Assembly: GCA_038063455.1 (NCBI GenBank)
Contig: JBBTVB010000002.1
Location: forward strand, 65,296 to 129,295
Direction of reading: 5' to 3'
Length of the DNA: 64,000 nucleotides
DNA from: Patescibacteria group bacterium
GTDB lineage: Bacteria > Patescibacteriota > Patescibacteriia > PEXW01
The translations under genes and the position numbers were made by a program. Below, in pieces: positions 26,614-36,927 of the stretch (within the stretch, counting starts at the first letter, position 1; every line of letters begins with the position of its first letter). Below the pieces are notes generated by a model. That model was not told where the DNA came from. It saw only the letters and a program-made list of their open reading frames with translations, and made no database searches.

Positions 26614-27900
26614 CTACTTGTAGAACGATTCGTAGTCCCGCATCACTAGCTGGGCTTGGATTTGCTTCACGCTTTCCAGCACCACGGAGACGACGATGAG
26701 CAAGCTGGTGCCGCCAATAGCGAGGCTCTGGGTATTGGTGGTGGACTGCATGATGGTCGGCAATACGGCAATGAGCCCCAGGAAGAGCGCGCCTGCCAGA
26801 ATGATACGGTTGGAAACGAAGCTCAGATACGCAGACGTAGATTGGCCGGGCCGAATGCCTGGAATAAAGCCGCCTTGCTTTTGCAAATTTTCGGCAATCT
26901 GGTTAGGTTGAAAAACCACAGCAGTGTAGAAGTAGGTAAAGGCGACGACCAGAATGAAATACATGATGCCGTAGATGGTCTGATTCTGAAAGGTAGTCTG
27001 TACCCACTGGGCCAGATTTGCTATCCAAGGCGTGCCGCTGCTGGTAAAGAACTGCGCGATCAGCGGGGGGAAAAGAATAATAGACACGGCGAAAATAATC
27101 GGGATGACGCCGGCTTGATTTACCCGCAACGGCAAGTGCGTGTCCACCCCGCCGCTGGCCGGCTGCGTGCCCACCACGTGGCGGGCGTAGGTAACCGGAA
27201 TATTACGCTGACCTTCGGTTACAAACACCACACCAGCAATGGTAATAATGCCCACCGCTAAAAAGGTAACGATAGTAAAGAGTTGCGAGGGATCGTACGT
27301 GGAAGCAAACTGCTGCACCGAGCTGGGCAGCTGTGCCACGATACCCGCAAAAATGATGAGTGAAATGCCGTTGCCGACTTTCTTCTCGTTGATAATTTCG
27401 CCAATCCACATAAGCAACATGGAACCGCCCACGATGCACGCAATGGCGGTAACGGTCTGGAAGGTGGTCAGTGAGCCGAGTACGCTTTGCGCGCCTTGCT
27501 GTTTGAGGAAGGTGAGCGTACCAAAGGCCTGCAGGATAGCCATGGGCACCGTGAGGTAGCGAGTGTACTGATTAATGCGGTTTTGGCCTTGCTCGCCCTC
27601 TTTCTGAATGGCTTCCAGCTTCGGCACAATCATCGTTAGCAGCTGCATGATAATCGAGGCCGTAATGTAGGGCCCCACACCGCTCATGACAATGGAAAAG
27701 TTCTGCAAGCCACCGCCGGAGAAGAGGTTAAGCAGGCCCAAAATTTGATTACCTTCCAGTAAGCGCTGTAAACCAGTTGGGTCGACGCCCGGGATAGGAA
27801 TGTGCGACAAAATGCGGAACACCACCAGCATGAGTAACACAAAAATCAGCGTGTGCCGAAGTTCACGCGTCTGCCAAATTTGACGTAAGCGGTCGATCAT
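26614..27900 (-). CDS. secY: preprotein translocase subunit SecY
   Basis: 10-TM SecY sequence; follows rplO. Confidence 0.97.
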   Translation of the reverse strand: MIDRLRQIWQTRELRHTLIFVLLMLVVFRILSHIPIPGVDPTGLQRLLEGNQILGLLNLFSGGGLQNFSIVMSGVGPYITASIIMQLLTMIVPKLEAIQKEGEQGQNRINQYTRYLTVPMAILQAFGTLTFLKQQGAQSVLGSLTTFQTVTAIACIVGGSMLLMWIGEIINEKKVGNGISLIIFAGIVAQLPSSVQQFASTYDPSQLFTIVTFLAVGIITIAGVVFVTEGQRNIPVTYARHVVGTQPASGGVDTHLPLRVNQAGVIPIIFAVSIILFPPLIAQFFTSSGTPWIANLAQWVQTTFQNQTIYGIMYFILVVAFTYFYTAVVFQPNQIAENLQKQGGFIPGIRPGQSTSAYLSFVSNRIILAGALFLGLIAVLPTIMQSTTNTQSLAIGGTSLLIVVSVVLESVKQIQAQLVMRDYESFYK

Positions 27901-28400
27901 TTCTTTGCCGCATCCAGCTTCTCCTGCTGGCGGCGGGGTTTAGGCTGGGTGGGCGGGGTTACAATAATTGCGGTGCCACCCGCGGCTTCGATTGCGGCTT
28001 TGGCGGTGACAGAAAAGGCGTGGGCGCTAACCTGGAGTGGGTGCGTGAGCTTACCATCGCCAAGAATCTTGACCCACTGGGCAGTTTTGACCAATTTATT
28101 ACGCAACAACAGCTCGGGCGTCACTTTTGCTTGCGCCGGAAAATGCGCGTCGAGCACAGAAAGGTTTACCACAGCGGCCGATGCGTGCAGGCTGCTAAAC
28201 CCGCGGGACTTGGGTAGCTGCATGAGCATCTGCTTGAGCCCACGCTTGCGGAGGTTCTTGCGACCACCGCTGCGGGCGCGCTGGCCTTTAATGCCTTTGC
28301 CGCTAAAGGTGCCGTGGCCAGAGGCGTTACCACGACCGCGACGGGGGTGGGTTTTACGGCTACCAGGGTTGGCTTTGAGATTTTCGAGTGACGTAGACAT
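27897..28400 (-). CDS. rplO: 50S ribosomal protein L15
   Basis: LKANPGSRK...GRGNASGHG signature; spc operon position. Confidence 0.95.
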   Translation of the reverse strand: MSTSLENLKANPGSRKTHPRRGRGNASGHGTFSGKGIKGQRARSGGRKNLRKRGLKQMLMQLPKSRGFSSLHASAAVVNLSVLDAHFPAQAKVTPELLLRNKLVKTAQWVKILGDGKLTHPLQVSAHAFSVTAKAAIEAAGGTAIIVTPPTQPKPRRQQEKLDAAKK

Positions 28401-28406
28401 ACAAGG

Positions 28407-28919
28407 TTAGGCTTTGGGTTTGGCCGAGGCGCGATTCTGCAATTTACCGAGTGCGAGAATAACCGCGTGGACGTTATTAATCTTGTTCTTGGAGCCAAGC
28501 ATTTTGCTGACGACGTCGCGAATACCCGCCATGCTCAGCACGGTGCGCGCAGCACCACCAGCAATGACGCCAGACCCTGGCGGCGCTGGCTTCAGCAAAA
28601 CGCGGGCGGCGCCAAACTTCAGGTTGATAGCGTGAGGAATGGTGCCCTTGTGCAGAGCCACGGTAATGAGGTGCTTCTTGGCGGCGCTCACGGCTTTTTC
28701 AACGGAGCCTTGCACGTCTGCGCCTTTGCCCAAGCCCATGCCAACGCGGCCTTTGCGGTCGCCGATTACCACGCACGCGCGGAAGCGCATGCGCTTGCCG
28801 CCGGCAACCACGCGCGTTACGCGGGCCAGGTCAATGGTCTTTTGGTCAAATTCAGACTTCTCGCGTTCGCGAGGGGGGCGACGGCCGCCGTGCTGTGGTC
28901 GAGAACCAAATGGGGGCAT
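28407..28919 (-). CDS. rpsE: 30S ribosomal protein S5
   Basis: RVTRVVAGGKRMRFRACVVIGD signature. Confidence 0.96.
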   Translation of the reverse strand: MPPFGSRPQHGGRRPPREREKSEFDQKTIDLARVTRVVAGGKRMRFRACVVIGDRKGRVGMGLGKGADVQGSVEKAVSAAKKHLITVALHKGTIPHAINLKFGAARVLLKPAPPGSGVIAGGAARTVLSMAGIRDVVSKMLGSKNKINNVHAVILALGKLQNRASAKPKA

Positions 28920-28934
28920 AGGGTGGAAAAAAAA

Positions 28935-29306
28935 TTAGAACTGGAGGCCGCCGGCGCGAGCGCTGTCTGCCAGCGCGCGAACGCGACCGTGGTAGCGGTA
29001 GCCGCCAACATCAAACACGACGGTAGTAATTTTTTTGGCAACCGCGAGTTCGGCGAGTAACTTCCCTACCGCTGCCGCTACAGCAACTTTCCGGGTTTGT
29101 TCGTTCCCTGCTTTTGGTTGGGTCATTAGCTGCTTGTCCGAAGCGGCAACTAGCGTTTTACCGGTGGCGTCATTAATAATTTGCGCGCTCACATGTTTGG
29201 CACTGCGAAAAACCGTTAGGCGGGGGCGGGCAGCGGTGCCGTGCACCTTGCTGCGGATGCGGCGGTGGCGGTGCTGGCGGCGAGTTGTGCGGGAGCGTGT
29301 AGGCAT
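28935..29306 (-). CDS. rplR: 50S ribosomal protein L18
   Basis: [32 protein letters not shown]. Confidence 0.95.
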   Translation of the reverse strand: MPTRSRTTRRQHRHRRIRSKVHGTAARPRLTVFRSAKHVSAQIINDATGKTLVAASDKQLMTQPKAGNEQTRKVAVAAAVGKLLAELAVAKKITTVVFDVGGYRYHGRVRALADSARAGGLQF

Positions 29307-29311
29307 ACGAT

Positions 29312-29863
29312 TTACTTGGCACCGGCGGCCTTCATGACCTTACCAGCCTTGCGACGAATGACCTCGCCTGCGTACTTAATGCCCTTGCCCTTGTACGGTT
29401 CCGGGGGTTTGAGGCGGCGGATGGTAGCAGCGACTTCGCCCACGGCTTGCTTGTCCACCCCTGACACTACAATAACATTCTTTTCAACAGTCAAGGTAAT
29501 GCCCGTGGGTGCAGCAAAATTGATTGGGTGGGAAAAGCCGAGATTCAGGAGCAAACCCGTGGGCTGCACAGCAGCTTTAAAACCCACGCCGGTAATTTCT
29601 AAACGTTTTTCAAAGCCTTTGCTCACACCTTCGACGGCGTTGGCCAGCAACTGGCGGCCCAGACCCCAGAGTGCGCGGTCGTTGCGATTGTCTGGCGATG
29701 GGACGTTGACCGTCGCAGTGCTACCTTCCACGGCAACGTTCATACGGTGGTGCAGCCGCAGGGCAATAGTGCCTTTCGGGCCCACGATGGTTACATCCGG
29801 AGCTTTCACCGTGATGGTAACGCCGCTAGGCAGGGGGATAGGTTGTTTGCCGATACGTGACAT
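29312..29863 (-). CDS. rplF: 50S ribosomal protein L6
   Basis: [23 protein letters not shown]. Confidence 0.96.
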   Translation of the reverse strand: MSRIGKQPIPLPSGVTITVKAPDVTIVGPKGTIALRLHHRMNVAVEGSTATVNVPSPDNRNDRALWGLGRQLLANAVEGVSKGFEKRLEITGVGFKAAVQPTGLLLNLGFSHPINFAAPTGITLTVEKNVIVVSGVDKQAVGEVAATIRRLKPPEPYKGKGIKYAGEVIRRKAGKVMKAAGAK

Positions 29864-29866
29864 AAA

Positions 29867-30250
29867 TTACGCGATGGTGCAGATAAGCTCGCCGCCGACG
29901 TGCGCCTTACGCGCTTCTTTGTCGGTGAGCATGCCTTGCGGGGTGGAAATAATTGCCATACCAATGCCGTTCTTCACGCGCGGGATTGCCCCGACAGAAA
30001 CATACAGTCGACGACCGGGCTTGGACTGGCGGGTAATTTCCTGGATGAACGATGTGCCATCCGGTTGAATTTTAAGCGTGACGGTAAACGTCCGCTTGTC
30101 CGGCGCGGGGATAGCAGCAGCCAGGTAGTGCTCGCGCACCAGCAGCGTCGCAATCGCAATGCGTTGCTTGGAGTATGGGATGGTGACGGTCCGGTGGCGA
30201 GCGAGGCCCGCGTTCCGGATCCGAGTGAGCATGTCAGCTATAGAGTCCAT
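29867..30250 (-). CDS. rpsH: 30S ribosomal protein S8
   Basis: [21 protein letters not shown]. Confidence 0.96.
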   Translation of the reverse strand: MDSIADMLTRIRNAGLARHRTVTIPYSKQRIAIATLLVREHYLAAAIPAPDKRTFTVTLKIQPDGTSFIQEITRQSKPGRRLYVSVGAIPRVKNGIGMAIISTPQGMLTDKEARKAHVGGELICTIA

Positions 30251-30267
30251 AGGATGTATACGTTGGT

Positions 30268-30453
30268 TTACCAGCTAGCTTTACGGAGACCAGGAATTTC
30301 GCCTTTGTTGGCCAGTTCGCGCACGCAGATGCGGCACATATCAAACTTGCGCATGTACGCCCGCGGCCGCCCACAACGCCAGCAACGCCGCACCGTCCGA
30401 GTGGAGAACTTGGGCTTACGCTGGGCTTTAACGATCATTGAACGCTTGGCCAT
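30268..30453 (-). CDS. rpsN: 30S ribosomal protein S14, zinc-binding type Z (61 aa)
   Basis: [20 protein letters not shown] zinc ribbon. Confidence 0.95.
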   Translation of the reverse strand: MAKRSMIVKAQRKPKFSTRTVRRCWRCGRPRAYMRKFDMCRICVRELANKGEIPGLRKASW

Positions 30454-30458
30454 AGGGG

Positions 30459-31082
30459 TTAGACTTTCTTCTTCTTAAGCGGGGTGTTCTTACCGGGCTT
30501 GGCTGCAGGTTCATCGTCGGCATCCTCGACCGCGCGGAAGGGGAAACCCAAGGCTTGCAAGAGCGCGCGGCCAGCCGCTGGGTCTTTCGCGGTGGTGGCC
30601 ATAACAATTTCTAAACCGTGAATTTTTTCCACTTCGTCGGAACGAATTTCTGGGAAAGCCAGGTGCTCTTTAAAACCCAAGGTGTAGTTGCCCTGACGGT
30701 CGAAGGCGGTGGCCGAAATGCCGCGGAAATCGCGGACGCGGGGCAAGGCAACGTTAATGAGTTTGTCCAGGAATTCGTACATCCGCGTGCCGCGCAGTGT
30801 GACCTTGGCGCCGATGACCATCCCCTGTCGAATCTTGAAAGCAGAAATAGATTTCTTGGCTTTGGTTAAGACGGGCTTCTGGCCGGTGATACGCGAAAGT
30901 GTGGACACCACGGCTTCTTGCAACTTCGGATCTTTGACGCCGTCGCCAAAACCAGCATTGAGCACGACCTTCGTCATTGCCGGCACCGCGTGCAGGTTTT
31001 TTACATGCAACGACGCTTCGAGAGCCGGAATGGCTTTCGTACGGTAGTGCTGCAGCAGACGTGGGACGTTAGGCTTGGTCAT
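30459..31082 (-). CDS. rplE: 50S ribosomal protein L5 (with acidic/basic C-terminal tail)
   Basis: [15 protein letters not shown]..., [12 protein letters not shown]; start at ATG 31082, 4 nt after the rplX stop. Confidence 0.94.
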   Translation of the reverse strand: MTKPNVPRLLQHYRTKAIPALEASLHVKNLHAVPAMTKVVLNAGFGDGVKDPKLQEAVVSTLSRITGQKPVLTKAKKSISAFKIRQGMVIGAKVTLRGTRMYEFLDKLINVALPRVRDFRGISATAFDRQGNYTLGFKEHLAFPEIRSDEVEKIHGLEIVMATTAKDPAAGRALLQALGFPFRAVEDADDEPAAKPGKNTPLKKKKV

Positions 31083-31086
31083 AGGG

Positions 31087-31395
31087 TTAGAATGCAGTCT
31101 TGCATTTTGCACACACGCGCTGCTTCTTGCCGTCAGCGGCAATATGCATGCTCATGCGTCGGGGTTTGCCGCACTTGCTGCATACCAGCATGACGTTAGA
31201 GGCATGCACCGGGGCGAAAAACGAAATCTTCTGGCCCTTCTCGTTGCCCCGACGGCTGCGAATGTGGCGGGTACGCTCGTTAATGCCTTCGACCACGACT
31301 AAATCCGTACTCGGAAAGACCTGGAGAATTTTCCCCTTTTTGCCGCGGCTGCGGCCGGTCGTCACGTACACGTTGTCGCCAGTCTTCAGTTGCAT
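31087..31395 (-). CDS. rplX: 50S ribosomal protein L24 with C-terminal CxxC...CxxC
   Basis: KOW motif GDNVYVTTGRSRGKKGKI; CSKCGKP...CAKCK. Confidence 0.94.
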   Translation of the reverse strand: MQLKTGDNVYVTTGRSRGKKGKILQVFPSTDLVVVEGINERTRHIRSRRGNEKGQKISFFAPVHASNVMLVCSKCGKPRRMSMHIAADGKKQRVCAKCKTAF

Positions 31396-31400
31396 ACGAG

Positions 31401-31772
31401 TTAGAGAACTTCGGGAGCGAGGGAGATGAGTTTGGTATAGCCACGGGCTTTGAGTTCGCGTGCCACCGGGCCAAAAATGCGCGTGCCTTTCGGGTCTTTC
31501 GATTTCATGTCTACAATGACTGCGGCATTGTCATCGAAACGAATGTACGTGCCGTCGGCGCGGCGGGTTTCTTTGCGGGATCGAATAATAACTGCGTGGT
31601 GCATTTCGCTTTTCTTGACCGAAGCGTGCGGAATTGCGGCTTTCACCACGACTTTTACCAGGTCGCCAATGCGCGCGTAGTGCTTTTTGTAGCCGCCCAG
31701 CACGGTAATCACTTCGAGGTCACGGGCCCCGGTGTTATCTGCAGCGACGAGTCTGGAACGAAGTTGCACCAT
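31401..31772 (-). CDS. rplN: 50S ribosomal protein L14
   Basis: ADNTGARDLEVITVLG, AAVIVD...PKGTRIFGPVAREL. Confidence 0.97.
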   Translation of the reverse strand: MVQLRSRLVAADNTGARDLEVITVLGGYKKHYARIGDLVKVVVKAAIPHASVKKSEMHHAVIIRSRKETRRADGTYIRFDDNAAVIVDMKSKDPKGTRIFGPVARELKARGYTKLISLAPEVL

Positions 31773-31775
31773 ATA

Positions 31776-32042
31776 TTACTTTGCGTCGGGAATAATGCGC
31801 CAGCGCTTGTGGCGGGAAATCGGTCGGCACTCTACAAATCGGACTTTTTGACCCACCGTGAACGTGCCGGTTGGCGCATCCACCTGGTACTTCTCGCTGG
31901 AGCGGTAACGCTTGCCGTAGCGCGGGTGCACAAGCACGCGGTCAACCCGCACCACGACGGTTTTGGTCATCTTGGCCGAAACCACGACGCCGGAAAATTC
32001 GCGAGGCTTTGCTGCGGTTGTGAGCGTAGGTTGAATCGTCAT
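31776..32042 (-). CDS. rpsQ: 30S ribosomal protein S17
   Basis: GVVVSAKMTKTVVVRVDR...HPRYGK. Confidence 0.95.
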   Translation of the reverse strand: MTIQPTLTTAAKPREFSGVVVSAKMTKTVVVRVDRVLVHPRYGKRYRSSEKYQVDAPTGTFTVGQKVRFVECRPISRHKRWRIIPDAK

Positions 32043-32047
32043 ATGCG

Positions 32048-32248
32048 TTAGGTCTTGGGGTTGCGGTTGGTCTGCTGCAACAGGGTCAGGACGCGGGCAA
32101 TTGCAGTACGCACTTCGCGAATTTCTCGCACATCTTTGTGCGCATCCTGCGCCACGCGGAACCGGAGGTCGCGCAGGCGTTCGCGGGCTTCCGCCAAAAT
32201 GGTGCGGAGCTCGGCGTCGGTTTTCTGTTGGAGTTCTTTCAGGGTCAT
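32048..32248 (-). CDS. rpmC: 50S ribosomal protein L29
   Basis: size, LRDLRFRVAQ pattern, operon position. Confidence 0.9.
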   Translation of the reverse strand: MTLKELQQKTDAELRTILAEARERLRDLRFRVAQDAHKDVREIREVRTAIARVLTLLQQTNRNPKT

Positions 32249-32254
32249 AGGAGC

Positions 32255-32671
32255 TTACACGGTGTCTGCCTTAGTGACAAACTTCGTCTTAACAGAGAGC
32301 TTGTAGGCGGCCAGCTGCATGGCTTGGCGAGCAACAACTTCGGTAACGCCATCGAGTTCGAACATAACGGTACCTGGTTTTACCACGGCAACGTAGTGGT
32401 CAACGGCGCCTTTACCGCCACCCATGCGGATTTCCGAACCTTTGATGGTAATGGGTTTGTCCGGGAACACGCGGATCCACACTTTGCCGCCGCGGGCCAG
32501 CAAGCGGGTAATAGCGCGCCGGGCGGCTTCAATTTGGCGGCCGCTTACCCAGTCGCCTTCCATAGCTTTCAAGCCATACGCCCCGAAGCTCACGCGGGTT
32601 TTCTGCGTGGCATTGCCGCGGATGCTGCCGCGGTGATGCTTTCGGTGTTTGACTTTCTTCGGGGTAAGCAT
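32255..32671 (-). CDS. rplP: 50S ribosomal protein L16
   Basis: [34 protein letters not shown]. Confidence 0.97.
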   Translation of the reverse strand: MLTPKKVKHRKHHRGSIRGNATQKTRVSFGAYGLKAMEGDWVSGRQIEAARRAITRLLARGGKVWIRVFPDKPITIKGSEIRMGGGKGAVDHYVAVVKPGTVMFELDGVTEVVARQAMQLAAYKLSVKTKFVTKADTV

Positions 32672-32677
32672 AAAAAG

Positions 32678-33337
32678 TTATTTCGGTTGCGCGTCAGCGC
32701 CTTTCTTCTGGAATATATCGCCACGATAGATCCACACTTTTACGCCAATCGCGCCGTAGGTGGTAAACGCTGCCCCGCGGCCAAAGTCGACATCGGCGCG
32801 CAAGGTTTGCAACGGCAGCTTGCCCCAGGTGAGGGCTTCGGTGCGAGCAATTTCCGCGCCATTCAACCGGCCGGCAACCATAACGCGCACGCCCTGGCCG
32901 CCACCCTTCTTCACTTGCTCAACAGATTGCTTGAGAATGCGGCGGAAAGGCAAACGCTTTTCCAGCTGCTCGATCATGTTCTGGGCTACCAGCTGGGCAA
33001 CGAGCGCCGGGTTGGCAACTTCTTGAATGTTTACTTTGAACTTGGTCTTGGGCGGCATCAGCTTTGCCAGCTCGACTTTTAAGTCTTCTACCCCGGCACC
33101 GCCGCGGCCAATGACGATACCTGGTTTCGCGGTAATAATAGTTATGGTCACAATGTTTCCCGAACGTTCAATTTCGGTGCGGGCAATGCCGGCCGCGCGT
33201 AACTTGATACGAATAAAGCGCTTAATGGTTACATCTTGCTGCAGCAACGCGCGGAAATCGCGTTTCGAAAACCACTTGGACGACCACTCTGTGGTTATCC
33301 CGAGACGCAACGCTGTTGGATGGACTTTATTTCCCAT
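32678..33337 (-). CDS. rpsC: 30S ribosomal protein S3
   Basis: MGNKVHPTALRLG, KH domain GIVIGRGG. Confidence 0.97.
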   Translation of the reverse strand: MGNKVHPTALRLGITTEWSSKWFSKRDFRALLQQDVTIKRFIRIKLRAAGIARTEIERSGNIVTITIITAKPGIVIGRGGAGVEDLKVELAKLMPPKTKFKVNIQEVANPALVAQLVAQNMIEQLEKRLPFRRILKQSVEQVKKGGGQGVRVMVAGRLNGAEIARTEALTWGKLPLQTLRADVDFGRGAAFTTYGAIGVKVWIYRGDIFQKKGADAQPK

Positions 33338-33339
33338 AT

Positions 33340-33780
33340 TTAGACAGAGGGAGTGGAAGTTTTTTCAGGAGTTGCTTTGGTCGTTGCTTTTGCAGCCTTT
33401 ACCGTTTCTGGCTTTGCTTTGATTGCAGCTTTCTTCACCTTCGGTGCGGGCGCATCTTTAACCGTGATCGTAATGTGTGAGGCATGCTTGAGAATGGGGT
33501 TGGCGCGGCCCATGGCTTTGGGCGTAAAGCGCTTGAGGCGGGGCGCCATATCCACCGTGACCGCGCTAATAACCAGCTGCTCGGGCGCCAGGTCGTGGTG
33601 TTGCTTCGCATTGGCAATGGCCGAGCGAAGCAGTATGCGAATTTGCGCGCTACTGCCTTTTGGCAGGTGGGTCAGGATATCCAGCGCCTGTGGTACGCGC
33701 TTGCCACGAAGCAACCCGGCAACCAGCCGAACTTTTCGGGGCGAAACGCGGTAATCACGAAGGGTGGCAGAGGCGTGCAT
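33340..33780 (-). CDS. rplV: 50S ribosomal protein L22 (Lys/Ala-rich C-terminal extension)
   Basis: YRVSPRKVRLVAGLLRGK, GRANPILKHASHITI. Confidence 0.95.
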   Translation of the reverse strand: MHASATLRDYRVSPRKVRLVAGLLRGKRVPQALDILTHLPKGSSAQIRILLRSAIANAKQHHDLAPEQLVISAVTVDMAPRLKRFTPKAMGRANPILKHASHITITVKDAPAPKVKKAAIKAKPETVKAAKATTKATPEKTSTPSV

Positions 33781-33785
33781 GGAGA

Positions 33786-34112
33786 TTATTTCTTAGCGGG
33801 TTCGGCGGGCTTGGGCGCAGCGGCGGCCGCAGCGGCCATTTCTGCATCCTTCTGCATTTTGCCGCCATGGCGAACGAATTTGCGAGTGGGTGAGAACTCC
33901 CCAAGCCGGTGACCAACCATGTTCTCGCTGACCGTAACGCTTATGTGATTCTTGCCGTTGTGCACGCCGAAGGTAAAACCGACCATTTCTGGGGTAATAA
34001 CCGACGCGCGCGACCAGGTTTTAATAACCGTCTTGTCGCCCACGCGAAGCTTCGAAAGCTTTTTGAGCAACTTGGGGTGGGTGAATGGGCCTTTGGAGAG
34101 GGATCGTGACAT
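33786..34112 (-). CDS. rpsS: 30S ribosomal protein S19 (poly-Ala C-terminal tail)
   Basis: [22 protein letters not shown]. Confidence 0.96.
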   Translation of the reverse strand: MSRSLSKGPFTHPKLLKKLSKLRVGDKTVIKTWSRASVITPEMVGFTFGVHNGKNHISVTVSENMVGHRLGEFSPTRKFVRHGGKMQKDAEMAAAAAAAPKPAEPAKK

Positions 34113-34115
34113 AAA

Positions 34116-34955
34116 TTATTTCTTGGGACGACGCTGCAAAATCGCGGTGTCGGAATATTTCCCCTTCTTGCGCGTCTTCACGCCCAAAGCGTTTTTGCCC
34201 CATGGGGTTTTGGGGTGCTTCATACCAATTGGCTGGTTACCTTCACCGCCGCCGTGCGGGTGGTCGACCGGGTTCATAACCTTACCACGGACAGTCGGGC
34301 GGAAACCCTTATGGCGCGTGCGACCGGCTTTGCCCAAGCGCACGTTGCCATGGTCGATGTTAGAAAGTTGACCGAGTGAGGCGCGGGCATCAGCAGGAAT
34401 AACGCGGATTTCACCCGACGGCATTTTCACTTGGGCAACATTCGCTTCTACGGCCATAATCACCGCGGACGAGCCCGCCGAGCGCACCGTGACACCACCG
34501 CGGCCGGGACGGAGTTCCAGGTTGTGAATTTGCATGCCCACGGGAATATCTTTTAGCGGCATGCGATTGCCGGTAGTGACTTCGACACGTTTGGTGGCGC
34601 TAATAATTTGCGCACCCGGTTTGAGGCCGGAAGGCGAGAGGATGTAGCACTTCTCACCGTCGGCATACTGCAAGAGGGCGATGTAGGCAGTGCGGTTTGG
34701 GTCGTACTCAATACCAACCACTGTGCCGGGCACATCCAATTTGCTTTGAATAAAATCGACATTGCGGATCATGCGCTTGGCGCCGCCGCCGCGATGGCGC
34801 GTGGTAATTTTTCCTTGGTTATTGCGGCCAGCCTGGCGTGGGCGTGGGCTCAGCAAAGACTTTTCGGGCGTGTCTTTGGTAACCTCGGCTTTCCAGCCGC
34901 GCACACCCGCATGGCGGCGGGCAGGGGTTGTCGGTTTGTAGAGGGTAAGGGCCAT
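34116..34955 (-). CDS. rplB: 50S ribosomal protein L2
   Basis: GRNNQGKITTRHRGGG, MNPVDHPHGGGEG. Confidence 0.97.
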   Translation of the reverse strand: MALTLYKPTTPARRHAGVRGWKAEVTKDTPEKSLLSPRPRQAGRNNQGKITTRHRGGGAKRMIRNVDFIQSKLDVPGTVVGIEYDPNRTAYIALLQYADGEKCYILSPSGLKPGAQIISATKRVEVTTGNRMPLKDIPVGMQIHNLELRPGRGGVTVRSAGSSAVIMAVEANVAQVKMPSGEIRVIPADARASLGQLSNIDHGNVRLGKAGRTRHKGFRPTVRGKVMNPVDHPHGGGEGNQPIGMKHPKTPWGKNALGVKTRKKGKYSDTAILQRRPKK

Positions 34956-34959
34956 AAAC

Positions 34960-35400
34960 TTAAGAAATGGAAATCGTCTTGCCGGCTGGGAGGGTGACCA
35001 CGGCTTTCTTCCAGGTTTTCTGCCGGCCCTGGGTGCGGCCGAAGCGCACCACTTTGCCGCGAACCACGCGGGTGGTCACGTGCACTGGGCGCACGCCGTA
35101 CACGGCGTAGACGGCTTCGCGAACTTCGATCTTGCTTACGGTCGCAGACACTGCGAAGACGTACTGGCCGCTAGCTTGCAAACGGGTAGATTTTTCGGTA
35201 AGCAACGGGCGCAACAGCACGCGGTGGGCGTGGCGGGTGTCGGTCTTGAGCACGCGGGGCGTTTCGGCCTTAGACTTTTCTTTGGCCTCGGCTGGCTTGT
35301 CCGCTTTTGCTTTCTCGGTTTTAGCATCGACAACATGCACCGGCTTTTTTACCGTATCGGTGGTGTCGTGCTTCTTGCGGAGTTTGTCGAAAAGTCCCAT
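34960..35400 (-). CDS. rplW: 50S ribosomal protein L23 with about 50-aa Lys-rich N-terminal extension
   Basis: VLLRPLLTEKS...YVFAV core; operon position. Confidence 0.9.
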   Translation of the reverse strand: MGLFDKLRKKHDTTDTVKKPVHVVDAKTEKAKADKPAEAKEKSKAETPRVLKTDTRHAHRVLLRPLLTEKSTRLQASGQYVFAVSATVSKIEVREAVYAVYGVRPVHVTTRVVRGKVVRFGRTQGRQKTWKKAVVTLPAGKTISIS

Positions 35401-35405
35401 ATGGT

Positions 35406-36059
35406 TTACTTCTTCTTGCCCTTCGCGAAGTAGGTGGCGGCAATAACCTCGAGGCTTGCCACCGGCAGCACCAGGCGGTGGGCGCGCATCACGTCGTACG
35501 CGTTCAAGCTGTCGGCACGGAGCACGGTAACGCGCTGCATGTTGCGCGTGGCGCGGACAATCATGCTGTCGTGCTTTGCGGGCACCAGCAGCGGCGTCCG
35601 TTCGGCATTGGTATTTTTTAGCAGGTTGACCACGGGCTTGGTCTTGCCGTCGGTTGGCAGGGCGTCGATAAGGCGAATTTGCTTTTCGGCAGCTTTAATC
35701 GAAAGGGCCATGGCCAACGCTTTGCGGCGCACTTGCACGTTCAATTTTCCAGTCCAGTTGCGGCCGGTGCGCGGACCAAAGATGACACCGCCACCGCGCC
35801 ATTGCGGGCTGCGGATGGAACCTTGGCGGGCTTGGCCGGTCCCCTTTTGCTTCCAGGGCTTGCGGCCACCACCACGGACTTCGGCTTTGGTCTTGGTGTG
35901 CGCCAAACCCAAGCGCTTGTTCGCTTGCTGCTGGACAGTAACCAAGTGCAGCAAACCGGTATCTGGCTTCTGGCCAAAAATCCGGCTATCCAACGTCACT
36001 TCGGACGTTTGTTTGCCGTCTGCACTGTAGACCGGGATGGTGAGGGTAGCGTCTGCCAT
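35406..36059 (-). CDS. rplD: 50S ribosomal protein L4
   Basis: RGGGRKPWKQKGTGQARQGSIRSPQWRGGG. Confidence 0.96.
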   Translation of the reverse strand: MADATLTIPVYSADGKQTSEVTLDSRIFGQKPDTGLLHLVTVQQQANKRLGLAHTKTKAEVRGGGRKPWKQKGTGQARQGSIRSPQWRGGGVIFGPRTGRNWTGKLNVQVRRKALAMALSIKAAEKQIRLIDALPTDGKTKPVVNLLKNTNAERTPLLVPAKHDSMIVRATRNMQRVTVLRADSLNAYDVMRAHRLVLPVASLEVIAATYFAKGKKK

Positions 36060-36067
36060 ACGAAAAG

Positions 36068-36673
36068 TTATACGGTTTGCAACAGGAGCAAGGCGCCGCG
36101 GGCACCCGGGACTGCGCCTTTGATTGCAATGAGGTGCTTGTCTGCTTCGACGTCGATAATCTCAAGATTTTTTACCGAGATGCGCGTGTCGCCCATATGG
36201 CCGGCCATGCGTCGGCCCTTAATAACGTGCTGGGGGAAAGTGGCGCCAATCGATCCAGGCATGCGCAGGTTGTCTTTGTGCCCGTGGCTAGCTGGGCCAC
36301 CGCGGAAACCATGGCGACGCACCACCCCTTGGAAACCCTTGCCTTTAGACGTGCCGGTTACTTTTACCAGATCGCCGGGCTTAAACGTGTCGGCGTTAAT
36401 GTGCGTGCCGCGTTCCATGCCCTTGGCATCGTCAATGCGGAACTCGCGCAAGTGCTGGTTACTTTTCAAATCTTTGGTATGGCCGGCGCGGGCTTTGCTG
36501 GGGTTCTTGGCCTCGCCCAAACCCAGCTGGATGGCGCTGTAGCCATCTTTGTCCTGGGTCTTCACTTGCGTGACGACGCACGGGCCGGCCTGCAACAGCG
36601 TCACGGGCACAACGTTGCCGTTGTCCTTAAAACGCTGGGTCATGCCGATTTTTTTCGCGAGGATGAAAGGCAT
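36068..36673 (-). CDS. rplC: 50S ribosomal protein L3
   Basis: [25 protein letters not shown]. Confidence 0.96.
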   Translation of the reverse strand: MPFILAKKIGMTQRFKDNGNVVPVTLLQAGPCVVTQVKTQDKDGYSAIQLGLGEAKNPSKARAGHTKDLKSNQHLREFRIDDAKGMERGTHINADTFKPGDLVKVTGTSKGKGFQGVVRRHGFRGGPASHGHKDNLRMPGSIGATFPQHVIKGRRMAGHMGDTRISVKNLEIIDVEADKHLIAIKGAVPGARGALLLLQTV

Positions 36674-36704
36674 ATAAAAATAAAATCTGGCGAGATTGCC
36701 AGAT
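36674..36704 (-). terminator. terminator-like hairpin immediately upstream of the rplC ATG (candidate attenuator)
   Basis: minus strand reads ATCTGGC-aatctc-GCCAGAT then TTTATTTTTAT then ATG. Confidence 0.45.
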
Positions 36705-36829
36705 ACGTGATCCCGCAGGTGCGAGATGTAACGTGGCGAATCGTTATCGTGGGGCTTGGCGCATACCAGTACCTGTATTATGGGCCCCAGAACCTACTGC
36801 CAAAAACGCGAGTTGTCTGACCTTTGGAG

Positions 36830-36927
36830 TGCGGTCGGGTCCGCGCCCAGCGCCCCGAGCTTGCCACCGCCGACGGCGGGGTCCCGCTGTGGCGGCGATC
36901 GAGGGGGTAGGCAAGGACCTCACCGCA
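36830..36927 (-). promoter_or_regulatory. structured RNA domain in the rpsJ-rplC spacer (nested helices)
   Basis: TGCGGT/ACCGCA, GGTCC/GGACC, CTTGC/GCAAG, GCCAC/GTGGC and CCGCC-GAC-GGCGG helices nest without conflict; begins 5 nt after the rpsJ stop. Confidence 0.45.
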
